Part shown: one piece after another, positions 32,904 through 43,885 of the stretch
Layout: every line of letters starts with the position of its first letter
Position numbering within the stretch: position 1 is the stretch's first letter
DNA from: Oscillospiraceae bacterium
Lineage (GTDB): Bacteria > Bacillota > Clostridia > Oscillospirales > Ruminococcaceae
Length of the DNA stretch: 64,000 nucleotides
Reading direction: 5' to 3'
NCBI GenBank assembly: GCA_040766825.1
Contig: JAXGPS010000001.1
Coordinates: 13,411 to 77,410 of the forward strand
The notes under the pieces: generated by a model
Databases searched by the model: none
The model's input: the letters and a program-made list of their open reading frames with translations, nothing else
What the model was told of the DNA's origin: nothing
Translations under genes and position numbers: made by a program

Positions 32904-33560
32904 TTAGCTGTCTTTTTCTACTACAACTACATCACTTCTAATATCTATAACTCGCACCGAAGTACCCATTTTAAGAGCCTCTCCGAATGTAATTGCCGAT
33001 GATTCAATAAATCTGCCTTGAACGGTGATTGTTATTTTGCCACCGTCTTCGCCGTTTGCAGGTATGGGAATGTAAACTGTACCGACCTCGCCGATTGCGT
33101 TCTTTATATTAAGCGCCCCATTTTCTGAAAGCCTCATGGAAAGCTGAATTAATTTCGCCACGCCAAGCATTGCAATAAGCCCAAGTACTGCACCACAAAT
33201 AAGACCGACTGCCTCGTGCGTGCCGATAGCAATTAATGCAATTGAGCTCCAGCCGAACACCACCAAAAAGCTCACAATTCCTTGCAATGTAAAGAGCCTC
33301 AAAGTGCCAAAGTCAGCAGGGTTACCACCGTCGCCAACGTTAGGGTTTAACCAATTAACCTCGCCAGTATCAACGTCAAAATCAATGTCAGTGCCGTTCA
33401 TTCCAAGGCCGGAAGTGTCGCTTGAGCCAACCCCTGCCCCACTCTCGCCAAAGCCCATAAATGACATTATCATCTGAATTACAAGTATCATAGATGACGG
33501 AATTGCAACGCAATAAAGCACCTTTATTAGCGTATCTAAACTACTCCACCATTCGCCCAT
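32904..33560 (-). CDS. NfeD-family membrane protein (flotillin partner; YuaF/YqiJ-like)
   Basis: An intact 218-aa ORF with TM segments and a C-terminal OB-fold region (…GTVYIPIPANGEDGGKITITVQGRFIESSAI…), lying immediately upstream of the flotillin gene. Confidence 0.75.
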   Translation of the reverse strand: MGEWWSSLDTLIKVLYCVAIPSSMILVIQMIMSFMGFGESGAGVGSSDTSGLGMNGTDIDFDVDTGEVNWLNPNVGDGGNPADFGTLRLFTLQGIVSFLVVFGWSSIALIAIGTHEAVGLICGAVLGLIAMLGVAKLIQLSMRLSENGALNIKNAIGEVGTVYIPIPANGEDGGKITITVQGRFIESSAITFGEALKMGTSVRVIDIRSDVVVVEKDS

Positions 33561-33820
33561 TTGCCTCGCTCCTTTTTTAGTAAATATTCAGAATGTAAAC
33601 TGAATTTACATTCATTATATCTTATTCTTCATAGAATGTCAATATAGATTTCAAATTATTTATGATTTCTTTATCTTTTCTTTATGGTTCACCACCAAAA
33701 AACCTATTAAAAATAAATTTTGAATATGGTATTGCATTTTGAAAACGTATACGGTATAATATAGGTAAATGAAATTTACTTAAATGTTTGAAAATGTATT
33801 TTAAAGAAGGGAGATTATTT

Positions 33821-34080
33821 ATGAATTCATCTGATTTAGGGAAAATTATCAAGAATGCTCGACTATCCAAGAAAATGACGCAAAATGACGTTGTCGGCAC
33901 GTTTATCACAAGAAATATGTTGACCAAATTGAAAAGCTTGGCGTTGCCTGCTCCGTCGATTAAGACGCTGGTATTTGACAAGTGTGCTGGATCTTTACTC
34001 ACTTTGCAGCTCTCAGATGAGCCTGCAATGCCACAAATTGACTTGCTTTGCAAGACAAAGAAAGGATTTTGCTAACGGTG
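33821..34080 (+). pseudogene. XRE-like HTH regulator remnant
   Basis: It starts MNSSDLGKIIKNARLSKKMTQNDVVG…ITRNM, which is an HTH_3-like start. Downstream sequence has lost frame continuity. Confidence 0.35.
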
Positions 34081-34377
34081 ATTTCCTTGATGCAGTGAAG
34101 AGCTAATCTTTTAGATGAGCGCGCTTTTGATGAGAAGTGTTCCATTCTCTCTCGTGCGTATCTGCAGCTCTCCTACTCTGAGGGGATGACACTAAGGCTG
34201 TAGTATGCTAAAAATTCCGCCGAATACGCTGACAAGGGCTTTATTCAAACCCTACTGTTAAATAAACTTTAGATTCAGCTTGCAAAACTGCTTTAAAAAA
34301 TTAGTGATTACTACTCAAGTTAGGAAGAAAAAATTTAATGAAAGAGTTATTTTGAAAACGTATAAGGAGATGATTGG

Positions 34378-34800
34378 AATAATGTTTGTTTGTCACGGCA
34401 ATATCTGCCGCTCTCAGCTGGCAAGATTCGTAATGCGTGATATGATTGAAAAAATGGACTTTTTCTGATAGGATTTCCGTCTGTTCTCCGCCACATCAAC
34501 CGAAGAAATGGAAATCCCGTTTCACCCCGGCACAAGACGTAAGCTTAATGAGGTGAATATTTCCAGTAGTTGGAAAAACCTTGCCGTGCAATTGTAACCC
34601 GCTCGGATTACGATAAAGTACGATTATTTCATCGATTGTTCATGGAATATTGATAATAGCAAAATTCTTAAGCCAGCGTCCCTAAAAACGCGAAATTTAC
34701 CGCCTGCTTGATTTTACAGATAAGTCGGGGGAAATTGCCGATCCTTATTCTCAGGGGATTTTGCAGGCGCACTTATAAGGATATATGCTGGTTGCTCTGC
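34378..34800 (+). pseudogene. low-molecular-weight protein-tyrosine phosphatase / ArsC-like remnant, multiple frameshifts
   Basis: The N-terminal P-loop is MIGIMFVCHGNICRS (CX5R). The C-terminal DPY region (…DFTDKSGEIADPYSQG…) is found in other frames. Confidence 0.5.
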
Positions 34801-34846
34801 ACTTCTTCTAAAAATTAAAGAAAATGTATAGTCGTGTAAATAAAAA

Positions 34847-34881
34847 ATGCTATTCAAGTTAAGCCTTGAATAGCATTTTTC
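34847..34881. terminator. bidirectional intrinsic terminator
   Basis: atgctattcaag…cttgaatagcat followed by T5. The arms match the hairpin at 31411-31440. Confidence 0.6.
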
Positions 34882-34882
34882 T

Positions 34883-35265
34883 TTAAAATTCAGCAATATT
34901 TGCTTTTTTAGTACGGTGATACTCGTGGATACATTCACTACCACTAATAAAAGCGATAATGGCAATATTCAAAGCAGTCGCACCGACTAGTAGGTATAAA
35001 TTCATACCTAGCACAATCCCTTGATTTTGGATAACGTGCATTACTAAGCCGCCAAACATCAAAGAAAAGTCATTCAAAGTGAAAACAATCATACCGAGTC
35101 CGGCGTGAAAATCCACCTTAACTATAAACAGCGCAACCAACTGATTCCTGGACAATCCATATGTATTCCAGCAAGTAGATAAGAAATACTAACCCAAGTC
35201 CTAAAATTGCAACTCCAGCGGCGAACATTCCCTTTTTAGCATTCTTCTTTCTTTCCTCAACAGTT
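34883..35265 (-). pseudogene. small hydrophobic membrane protein (frameshifted)
   Basis: …KKGMFAAGVAILGLGLVFLIYLLEYIW… is in one frame. The C-terminus …LVALFIVKVDFHAGLGMIVFTLNDFSLMFGGLVMHVIQNQ… is in another. Confidence 0.3.
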
Positions 35266-35496
35266 TTAGGTACATCTCAGCTCTTTTTCTGGTCTACGTT
35301 GCTAGTTTGACTAAGGCTTGCCTAGTAACTTCAACAATACCTGCTTTTTTGTGCCTCTCAACGTTTGAATGATCATCTCGTCTAACGTAAGTCGCTTGAT
35401 AGTTGCTATTCATATCGTCAGCACAACGCTTGCAGGTCATCCAAGGCCTTTTTCTACGTGCTGCTTAACGTAAACCGTTGGTTCTTCAAGCAAAAG

Positions 35497-35730
35497 CCCC
35501 TCAGGCTGAAGTTCGAAATATCGTCTTCTTCGCTCCTTTGGCTAACCGTATACGTGTCTGTGTCATCAAGCACAATTCCCGACGCACTAGGTACGAAATG
35601 TCATCTTCTGCGCTCCTCTGAGTAACTGTATATGTATCTGTATCCTCAAGTGAAATCCAGACGCACTGAGATTCCCAAATGTAATCCTCTGCACTCTCTT
35701 AGTGGCGGTGTAGTCAATCTGACTAACCCA
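35497..35730 (-). repeat. three degenerate ~78-bp tandem repeats (relic of a repeat-protein gene)
   Basis: Two full copies, about 75% identical (35497-35574 and 35575-35652), and a partial third copy. On the minus strand they encode SASG(I/F)(V/H)L(D/E)DTDTYTV(S/T)QRS(E/A)EDDIS. Frames are broken between copies. Confidence 0.55.
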
Positions 35731-36045
35731 TCTAATCCGTTGCAGAAGTAATATTCTTATCCGAAGTACTCCCCAACTCTAAAAATTATTTCTGCTCATC
35801 TATCAATTATTAACCCCTATACAAAATAGCTGGAAAATAGAGTCATCTCCGCCGACGTGGAGGTTGACGTGGATTTTCCAGTAATGTTCTAGTAAAGATT
35901 AATATTGATATTATACAACTATTATAGCATGGAAATGTCTAAATATCAACAACTTTACCAAAAATGGAACTACAAAAGTCGCAATTGTTATATTTTGAAC
36001 AATTGCGACAATGTAATTTTTATTTGGTATTGTCGGCTTTTTCTA

Positions 36046-37313
<1,268 letters not shown>

Positions 37314-37449
37314 GCATTTTTCTACCTTTTCTTTACTTTGAAAGTCAACGTCTTATGTAATATTACCTTAATTATAATATCACGTTCACTTGTATAAGTA
37401 AAATTAATCTTTTTTATACAGGGTATAAGTTATTCTAATGTTAATATTT

Positions 37450-38322
37450 GCCTTTATTATGAAGCTCGCAGTTTTTCTTTTACTAGCGGCTTGTCCTCTT
37501 GATAAGTAACTCCGAACCACTCGCCAGTTGGAAATTACATCAATTGAAATTTCGCCGTCCTCCATCATTTCGCTAATCATGACAGGGAGGGGATATTCCT
37601 CCCTTAATTCGCTATCTGATAGGGAGCGCTAAGAACTCACTAAGCCTTTGTTCTGCTCTTTCAAATATCCATGGGAGCAATCCCAAAATTCGATGAAACA
37701 AGCGAATTCGGGTTTTAGCTCCACTCTCCGAGTATCTCGCCGTTATTTGAAACGCTCACTTTATAGGTTTCTGTGATGTTTTAAGCTTGCCGTCTTCATT
37801 AGCGGAACAAAGTCCTCGTGTAACCTGACCGTTTTAGGGAAACGGTATTTTCAAGGCAGTATGCCACCATTGAAGCACTGTTTTTTGCGTCCATTTTGCA
37901 AAGAGAGGCTTCCATTTTTTCAAATGCATCACGTCCGTAAAAATCATCTGCATTAATGACTTGCAAACGGCTCATTTGCCTTTTTTGCTGAAAGTATAGC
38001 GTGAACAGTGCCGTAAAGCTTCTCTGCCGATATGGGCGCTTTATAAAAGCTTGGTAAAGATGCAAACTCCTGAATTTGCGAATTCTACCTGTATTTTATC
38101 ACCAACTCTCTGCTGAACCATTGCACTAAAACTCTCAAGCATATCACGCTTAATTACAAAAACAACCTTTGTAAAGCCTGCACGAATTGCATCAGAAATT
38201 GAGTATTCCATCAATATTTCGCCGTTCGGTCCAAGCTCTGCTGTTTGCTTTCTTTCAGCAGTGCTATATCGTGAGCCCATTCCGGCTGCCATAATTAATA
38301 ATATCATTTTATCGCCTTTCAT
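37450..38322 (-). pseudogene. sugar-phosphate nucleotidyltransferase-family protein, at least 2 frameshifts
   Basis: MILLIMAAGMGSRY…KQ…LGPNGE is an NTP-transferase G-x-G-x-R motif. Downstream segments are in other frames. Confidence 0.45.
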
Positions 38323-38501
38323 CTCCTGCGGAGAATTCTCCTGTGGAGAACATTCGTTATTTCAATAAGGGGCTTTGGTCGCCTAATACAAAACCTTTAT
38401 GAATTCGAGGATATACGTCGTGATTATATTATATCTGTGGATTTTATGTTCGTCAATCTTTCAACCCCTTTTTAGGCTGTATTTATGTACATATATTTCG
38501 T

Positions 38502-39404
38502 ATGCAATTTATACATATTGCTATTTTTTATGATTTTAGGCGTGAATTTCAAGTTGTTTATAAATATTTCAGATATTTTTCAGACAAAAGTTGTATTATT
38601 AGCTTAACCGTTAAACCGACATTCCAAAACAAGCGAGGTGTAAAAAAGAAATTGAGCCAAAAAATATTCAAAAGACACGAAAAGAAATACTTTATTCCAG
38701 AGCAAACTTTTCCTGATCTGTTAAAAAAACTTGAAGAGTATATGGAGATTGACAGTTACGGCAAGCATACGATTTGTAATCTCTACTTTGATACAGATGA
38801 TTTCCAAATTATACGTACTTCTATTGAAAAACCTATTTACAAAGAAAAACTTCGCTTGCGATGCTACGGTATTCCGTCTGACGATGATACTGTTTTTCTT
38901 GAAATCAAGAAAAAGTTCAAGGGAGTTGTCTACAAGCGCCGTGTGGCAATAAAATGTTCTGAGGCAAGGTTATGGTGCGAAAACGGCACTATTCCTAAAA
39001 GCTTAGCAGACGACTATACCAACCATCAAATAATGAAAGAAATTATTTTCTTTAGGGATAGATATGGAGTTTCTCCGAAAATGTATCTAGCATACGATAG
39101 GATTGCCTTATTCGAAAAGGAAAACCCCAACTTCCGTTTGACATTCGACTCAAATATCCGAAGTCGTGAAAACGACCTTAACCTATCTCACGGTGATAAT
39201 GGTGTTCCCCTCCTAAAATCAGGCGGGCGAATTATGGAGATAAAAACGACAGAGGCTATCCCTCTTTGGCTGTCTAGTATTCTTAACGATATGAAATTGT
39301 TTCCGACTTCATTTTCAAAGTACGGGAAAACTTATGAAAATAAGTTTTTAGCCGAAAAATCTGCAACCATTAACGATAAATCTTTACAAGAAATAAATAC
39401 TTAA
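38502..39404 (+). CDS. VTC-domain (CYTH-like polyphosphate-polymerase domain) protein
   Basis: …FKRHEKKYFIPEQ…YFDTDDFQIIRTS…KLRLRCYG…EIKKKFKGVVYKRR…EIKT… follows the VTC/CYTH basic-residue pattern. The true start may be an internal TTG near 38651. Confidence 0.7.
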   Translation: MQFIHIAIFYDFRREFQVVYKYFRYFSDKSCIISLTVKPTFQNKRGVKKKLSQKIFKRHEKKYFIPEQTFPDLLKKLEEYMEIDSYGKHTICNLYFDTDDFQIIRTSIEKPIYKEKLRLRCYGIPSDDDTVFLEIKKKFKGVVYKRRVAIKCSEARLWCENGTIPKSLADDYTNHQIMKEIIFFRDRYGVSPKMYLAYDRIALFEKENPNFRLTFDSNIRSRENDLNLSHGDNGVPLLKSGGRIMEIKTTEAIPLWLSSILNDMKLFPTSFSKYGKTYENKFLAEKSATINDKSLQEINT

Positions 39405-39426
39405 CTTTAGAAAGGACATTTTTATC

Positions 39427-40024
39427 ATGTTTAACTCTATTCTCGAAAATTCTGTGTCAGGACTATCAATGACTAGTGCACTTATCTGCACAGCCGTATC
39501 CCTTGCACTTGGCGTAATTATCGCACTTACTTATATGTTCACCGGCAAATGTACAAAGGGCTTTGCTGTAACGCTAGTAGTTCTCCCTGCTGTTGTGCAG
39601 GTTGTTATCATGCTTGTAAATGGCAATCTCGGGATAGGTGTTGCTATTGTGGGAGCGTTTAACCTCGTTCGTTACCGTTCAGTACCCGGCACATCTAAAG
39701 AAATCTGCATAATCTTCTTTGCAATGGCTGCCGGTCTTGCAACGGTATCGGATACATCACATACGCTGTTATGTTCACTATAATAATATGTGCAATTTAC
39801 TTTGTTTTAATGAAAACCGATTTGCTGAAAGCAAGTCTGCTGAAAAGCAACTACGCATAGTAATTCCTGAAAGTTTAGACTACAACGGTGCTTTTGATGA
39901 CATTTTTGAGAAGTATACTTCCACTTGCTCCCTTGAGCGTGTTAAGACAACAAACCTCGGCAGTATGTTTGATTTAACATATATAGTTAAACTAAAAAAG
40001 ACATCAGCGAAAAGGAACTTATAG
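39427..40024 (+). CDS. DUF4956-family membrane protein (frameshifted near 39770)
   Basis: Three TM segments are followed by the C-terminal soluble domain …RIVIPESLDYNGAFDDIFEKYTSTCSLERVKTTNLGSMFDLTYIVKL, read in another frame. Confidence 0.6.
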
Positions 40025-40114
40025 ACGAAATTAGATGCCGTAACGGCAATCTAACAATTGCTCTTCAAAAGTTGATAATTCTGTTGAAACATTGTAAAAA
40101 AGAAAGGATTTTTC

Positions 40115-42099
40115 ATGCTAAAAAAACCTGTTATTGCTGTTATTTGTACTCTTGCTTTGTTATCAGGTTGTACAAATACTTTTCTACTGTTGACATCACA
40201 GAAGCGACATCTTCGGCAGACAGTAACACGGACAATCTAAACTCTATTTCAGCCTCTCAAAGCTCTGTAATCACACCCAAAACCATTGATATTGCAGATA
40301 CTGAAATTTCATCAGCGTCTAATGGACAGCTTATCACCTTTAACGAGTCCATCTCCTTTAATGGAAGTGGCGCAAAGGTTTCAAGCAGCACTATAACCAT
40401 ATCCTCAGCAGGAGTTTACACTCTGGAAGGAACGTCCTCAGACGCAGCTATAATCATTGATGCTTCAAAGGACGACGACATAACCTTAGTACTAAACGGA
40501 GTAAATCTTGCTTGCAAAAACTCTGCTGCAATTTATGTCAAAAAGGCTGGCAATGTAACTATCACGCTTGCCGAAAACACCACAAACACCATATCTGACG
40601 GCAATTCCTACACAATAACCCTTGACGGAGAGGAAGAAGCTGCCTCAGCAATCTTCTCAAAGTCTGACCTTCTATTCAACGGAAGTGGTACTCTCAATGT
40701 AAACGGGAACTGTAACAACGGTATCACTTCTAAAGACGGAATTAAACTTGCCGACGGAACTATAAATGTCACTTCAAACAACAACGGCATTAAGGGCAAG
40801 GACTACATTGTATGCGCTAATGTGTGCTTAAATATTTCATCCGTTGGGGATAGCTTGAAGTCCTCAAATATAGACGACCCTTCACTCGGATATATCGCAA
40901 TTTATAGCGGAGAATACTCACTTTCCTCCTCCGAGGATACCATTCAAGCCGAAACAGAGCTTATAATAGACGGCGGTACTTTTAATTTAGTAAGCGGTGG
41001 TGGCTCTGTAAACGCTCCTGCTCATTCAGCAGAGAATGATTGGAAGAATTTTTGGGGCAACAGTGACACTTCTGATACAGAAACAACAAGCACTAAGGCT
41101 ATAAAAGGCGGTACTGCGGTGTTCATTTCAAACGGCGATTTCACCATTGACAGTGCCGATGACGGTATACATTCAAACGGCGATGTTTCAATTCTTGGCG
41201 GAACTTTTAATATCTCTAGTGGCGATGATGGAATTCACGCCGACAATGACACTACAATTTCCGGCGGGAATATAAGTATCCTCAAAAGCTATGAAGGCAT
41301 TGAGGGGGCTACTATAACCTTTAACGGTGGAAATGTTGCTGTTATCGCCTCCGATGACGGACTTAACGCCTCTAGCGGTTCTACCGAAATGGGTGGCAGA
41401 GGTGGCTTCGAGGTCGATTCTTCAGCGATAATCACAATCAACGGTGGAATTATTTCCGTCAACGCTAATGGCGATGGCGTGGACTCAAACGGCAATATAA
41501 TCATGAACGGCGGAGAGCTTTATGTCGAAGGACCTACTAACAGTGGTAACGGTGCTCTTGACTATGCGGGCTCGTTTACCGTCAACGGCGGTACTGCTAT
41601 TGCAATCGGCAGCACAGGAATGGCGCAAGGTGTAAGCTCTGACTCACCTCAAGCCGGTATCATGGCAAACGTTAGTGGTAAAAGCGGCGATGTTATAACT
41701 ATTCTTAGTTCTGACGGAAATGTCCTTATGACTTATACGGCAAATAAAAACTTTTCTTCTGTGGTTGCTTGCTGCAAAGGTATGGAGAAAGATTTAACCT
41801 ATTCTATTCAAATAAACGGTGGTAACTCCGTATCCGCAACTGCCGGCACATCTTCTGGTGGCATGGGCGGTATGGGTGGAGGCTGGGGTGGCGACCGTGG
41901 CAACCGTGGTCGTGACAAAAGCAACACCCCTGAAAACTTTGAAGGAATGACTCCACCTGAGGGATTTGAAAGTATGACTCCTCCAGAAAATATGGGGGAA
42001 ATGACTCCTCCAGATGGTATGACTCCTCCAAACGGTATGGAACGTCCTAACGGAATGGGCGAGATGGCTCCTCCGAATGAAACTACCTCTTTAAGTTAA
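40115..42099 (+). CDS. Cthe_2159-like parallel beta-helix lipoprotein (N-terminal frameshift near 40185)
   Basis: The lipobox signal is MLKKPVIAVICTLALLSGC. The body is built of repeated DG(I/L)x..G..xI.GG motifs such as SGDDGIHADNDTTISGGNISI, which indicate beta-helix coils. The tail is Gly-rich and carries (E/G)MTPP(E/D/N)G repeats. Confidence 0.65.
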
Positions 42100-42242
42100 G
42101 GTTCTGGAAATTTTTCTATTATTACGTAAAGGGGAATAATCCTCCCCTTTCAAAAATAAAACCGCTCTTCAAAAAGGAGTTCGTCTTAGGGATTTACGAA
42201 AACAAGTAAATTTTGACCGACCGTCTTTAGCGGAAAATAAAT

Positions 42243-42283
42243 CGCCCACACAGGAGTTTATTGCTCTTGTGTGGGCGGTTTGC
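42243..42283 (+). terminator. intrinsic terminator
   Basis: cgcccacacaggag…ctcttgtgtgggcg followed by a T-rich stretch. Confidence 0.5.
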
Positions 42284-42399
42284 TTTGTATTTAATTAATT
42301 ACCGTCACTGTGATATCTTGCCAATCGCTTGAAGATAATTTGTAGCCAAAACACTTTCCAAATCAACATCAGCAACAATAGTCAACAGATGCTATTTTT

Positions 42400-42689
42400 T
42401 CTTTTTGGCGAAGGCTTATGCGTCAACCCATCTAATTTCCTGCTCTACCTGCCAAAAAATTTTTCCTGCAAAAATCGGAGCAGATAAAAATTCATTCTGA
42501 CATTCCTCGATCGTTGGACCATTGCATTCCTATAGATACGTTTCGCTTGGAGGATCGCATTGAAAAATTTCCATATGAACCTCACCAGTAGGAAGCCTAT
42601 AACCTTGAAACCAATACTTCACCTCTCTAAAAACAAATACAGTATCTTGGCACGAATATATTCTATCTACAAATTCATTTGTGTTTCCA
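42400..42689 (-). CDS. small hypothetical protein (frameshifted), last gene of the XRE module
   Basis: MIDGNTNEFVDRIYSCQDTVFVFREVKYWFQGYRLPTGEVHMEIFQCDPPSETYL| then …ECNGPTIEECQNEFLSAPIFAGKIFWQVEQEIRWVDA*. Confidence 0.3.
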
Positions 42690-42838
42690 TCAATCATACT
42701 TTTCTACTCCTCTAAAATACTTTTTGTAGTTTTTTATCATTTCAGTTCAATTATCCATACAATACGCATACATTTGACTCAATTTCATATGAATATGCAA
42801 CATTATTCCCAGCCGCAAAAGTTCCTCGTCCACCCATA

Positions 42839-43347
42839 TCAGCGCACCACCTTTCTTGAGGCAAGGTAGTCAACAGAAATAATATTGCCGGTCATCTCTT
42901 TGAATGGTGTGCCAAAGCATATAATAGTGGTAGGGTCTAACTTGTTAAGCATTTCGTTATATCCACGCATAAACTCTATTTTGTTGCCTTTGCACCCAAT
43001 CATACCAATCGCAACAATTGCATTGCGTTCGACTCCGTCAGCGTAAATCATAACTACTTGGGAGTGCTCCAACTGATTGTAGGAACAACGGTTAAACCTT
43101 TGCTTTGCCAATATGCCCCACACCACTCGTTTGCGGTTTTTTCAACCGAGGAACCATCTTCACTCTTTTTTGAAAGCAATTCCCTTTTTTCTATGTTAAA
43201 TGCTGAATAAGGGATAATTTTTACGCCCATTTTTTGAGCGATTTCAAATCCGCTTATTGGAATGCAAGATATGTCGTATTCGGTAAACATATCTACTACT
43301 AGCATCTTAATTTCTTCGTATCGCTCGTTTGATGGTCTAATTCCCAA
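42839..43347 (-). CDS. hypothetical protein (one frameshift near 43090), co-transcribed with the XRE regulator
   Basis: MGIRPSNERYEEIKMLVVDMFTEYDISCIPISGFEIAQKMGVKIIPYSAF…WCGAYWQSKGLTVVPTI| then …VMIYADGVERNAIVAIGMIGCKGNKIEFMRGYNEMLNKLDPTTIICFGTPFKEM…. There is no HEXXH motif. Confidence 0.45.
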
Positions 43348-43350
43348 TCG

Positions 43351-43662
43351 TTAATCCTCCCCAAACAGTGCGTTTATTAAATCTCTTTTTTCTTCTGCCG
43401 TCATTGTATTCGCACCTCTAGCAAGCATTCTTTTTACCCGTGGATAGTCAAACTCATCGTTTTCAATTCCTAAAAGATAGTCGGATGTTGTGCGTAAAGC
43501 AGTGGCAATATTTGCAATCGTATCGGGCTTTGGTTCCCTGTCACCCGAAATATACCTTGACATAACGCCCTCCGTTACACCAATTCTTTCCGCCAATTCC
43601 TTTTGAGTCATATTGCTTCTGATTAATAATCCTGATATTCGTTTTCCTAGTTCTTTACTCAT
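43351..43662 (-). CDS. XRE-family helix-turn-helix transcriptional regulator
   Basis: MSKELGKRISGLLIRSNMTQKELAERIGVTEGVMSRYISGDREPKPDTIANIATAL is a canonical HTH_3 domain. RBS AAAGGAG. Confidence 0.8.
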   Translation of the reverse strand: MSKELGKRISGLLIRSNMTQKELAERIGVTEGVMSRYISGDREPKPDTIANIATALRTTSDYLLGIENDEFDYPRVKRMLARGANTMTAEEKRDLINALFGED

Positions 43663-43885
43663 AATGAAAACTCCTTTCATAGAGTGCATTTTTGCACGCT
43701 TATATTATAACACTACACTTGCCAATTTGTCAAGTGTAGTTGCCAAAAAGACCAAACAGCCCGTTTTCCTCTGTTTGGTCTTTTTTATAATTAATAATAC
43801 CACTACCCAAAATGTTTCGAAAATTGTATAAATGATGAGTTTTCACTTGTTGTACTTAGTTTATCACAAAGAGGTGTGGTTTTGT

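Noticed and set aside
35497-35730. Possible CRISPR array
   Set aside because: The ~78-bp units are only about 75% identical to each other and have no unique spacers. They encode a periodic peptide. No cas genes or leader are present. It is a decayed protein-repeat relic, not CRISPR.
42839-43347. ImmA/IrrE metalloprotease assignment for the gene downstream of the XRE regulator
   Set aside because: No HEXXH zinc-binding motif could be found in any frame, so the call was left as hypothetical.
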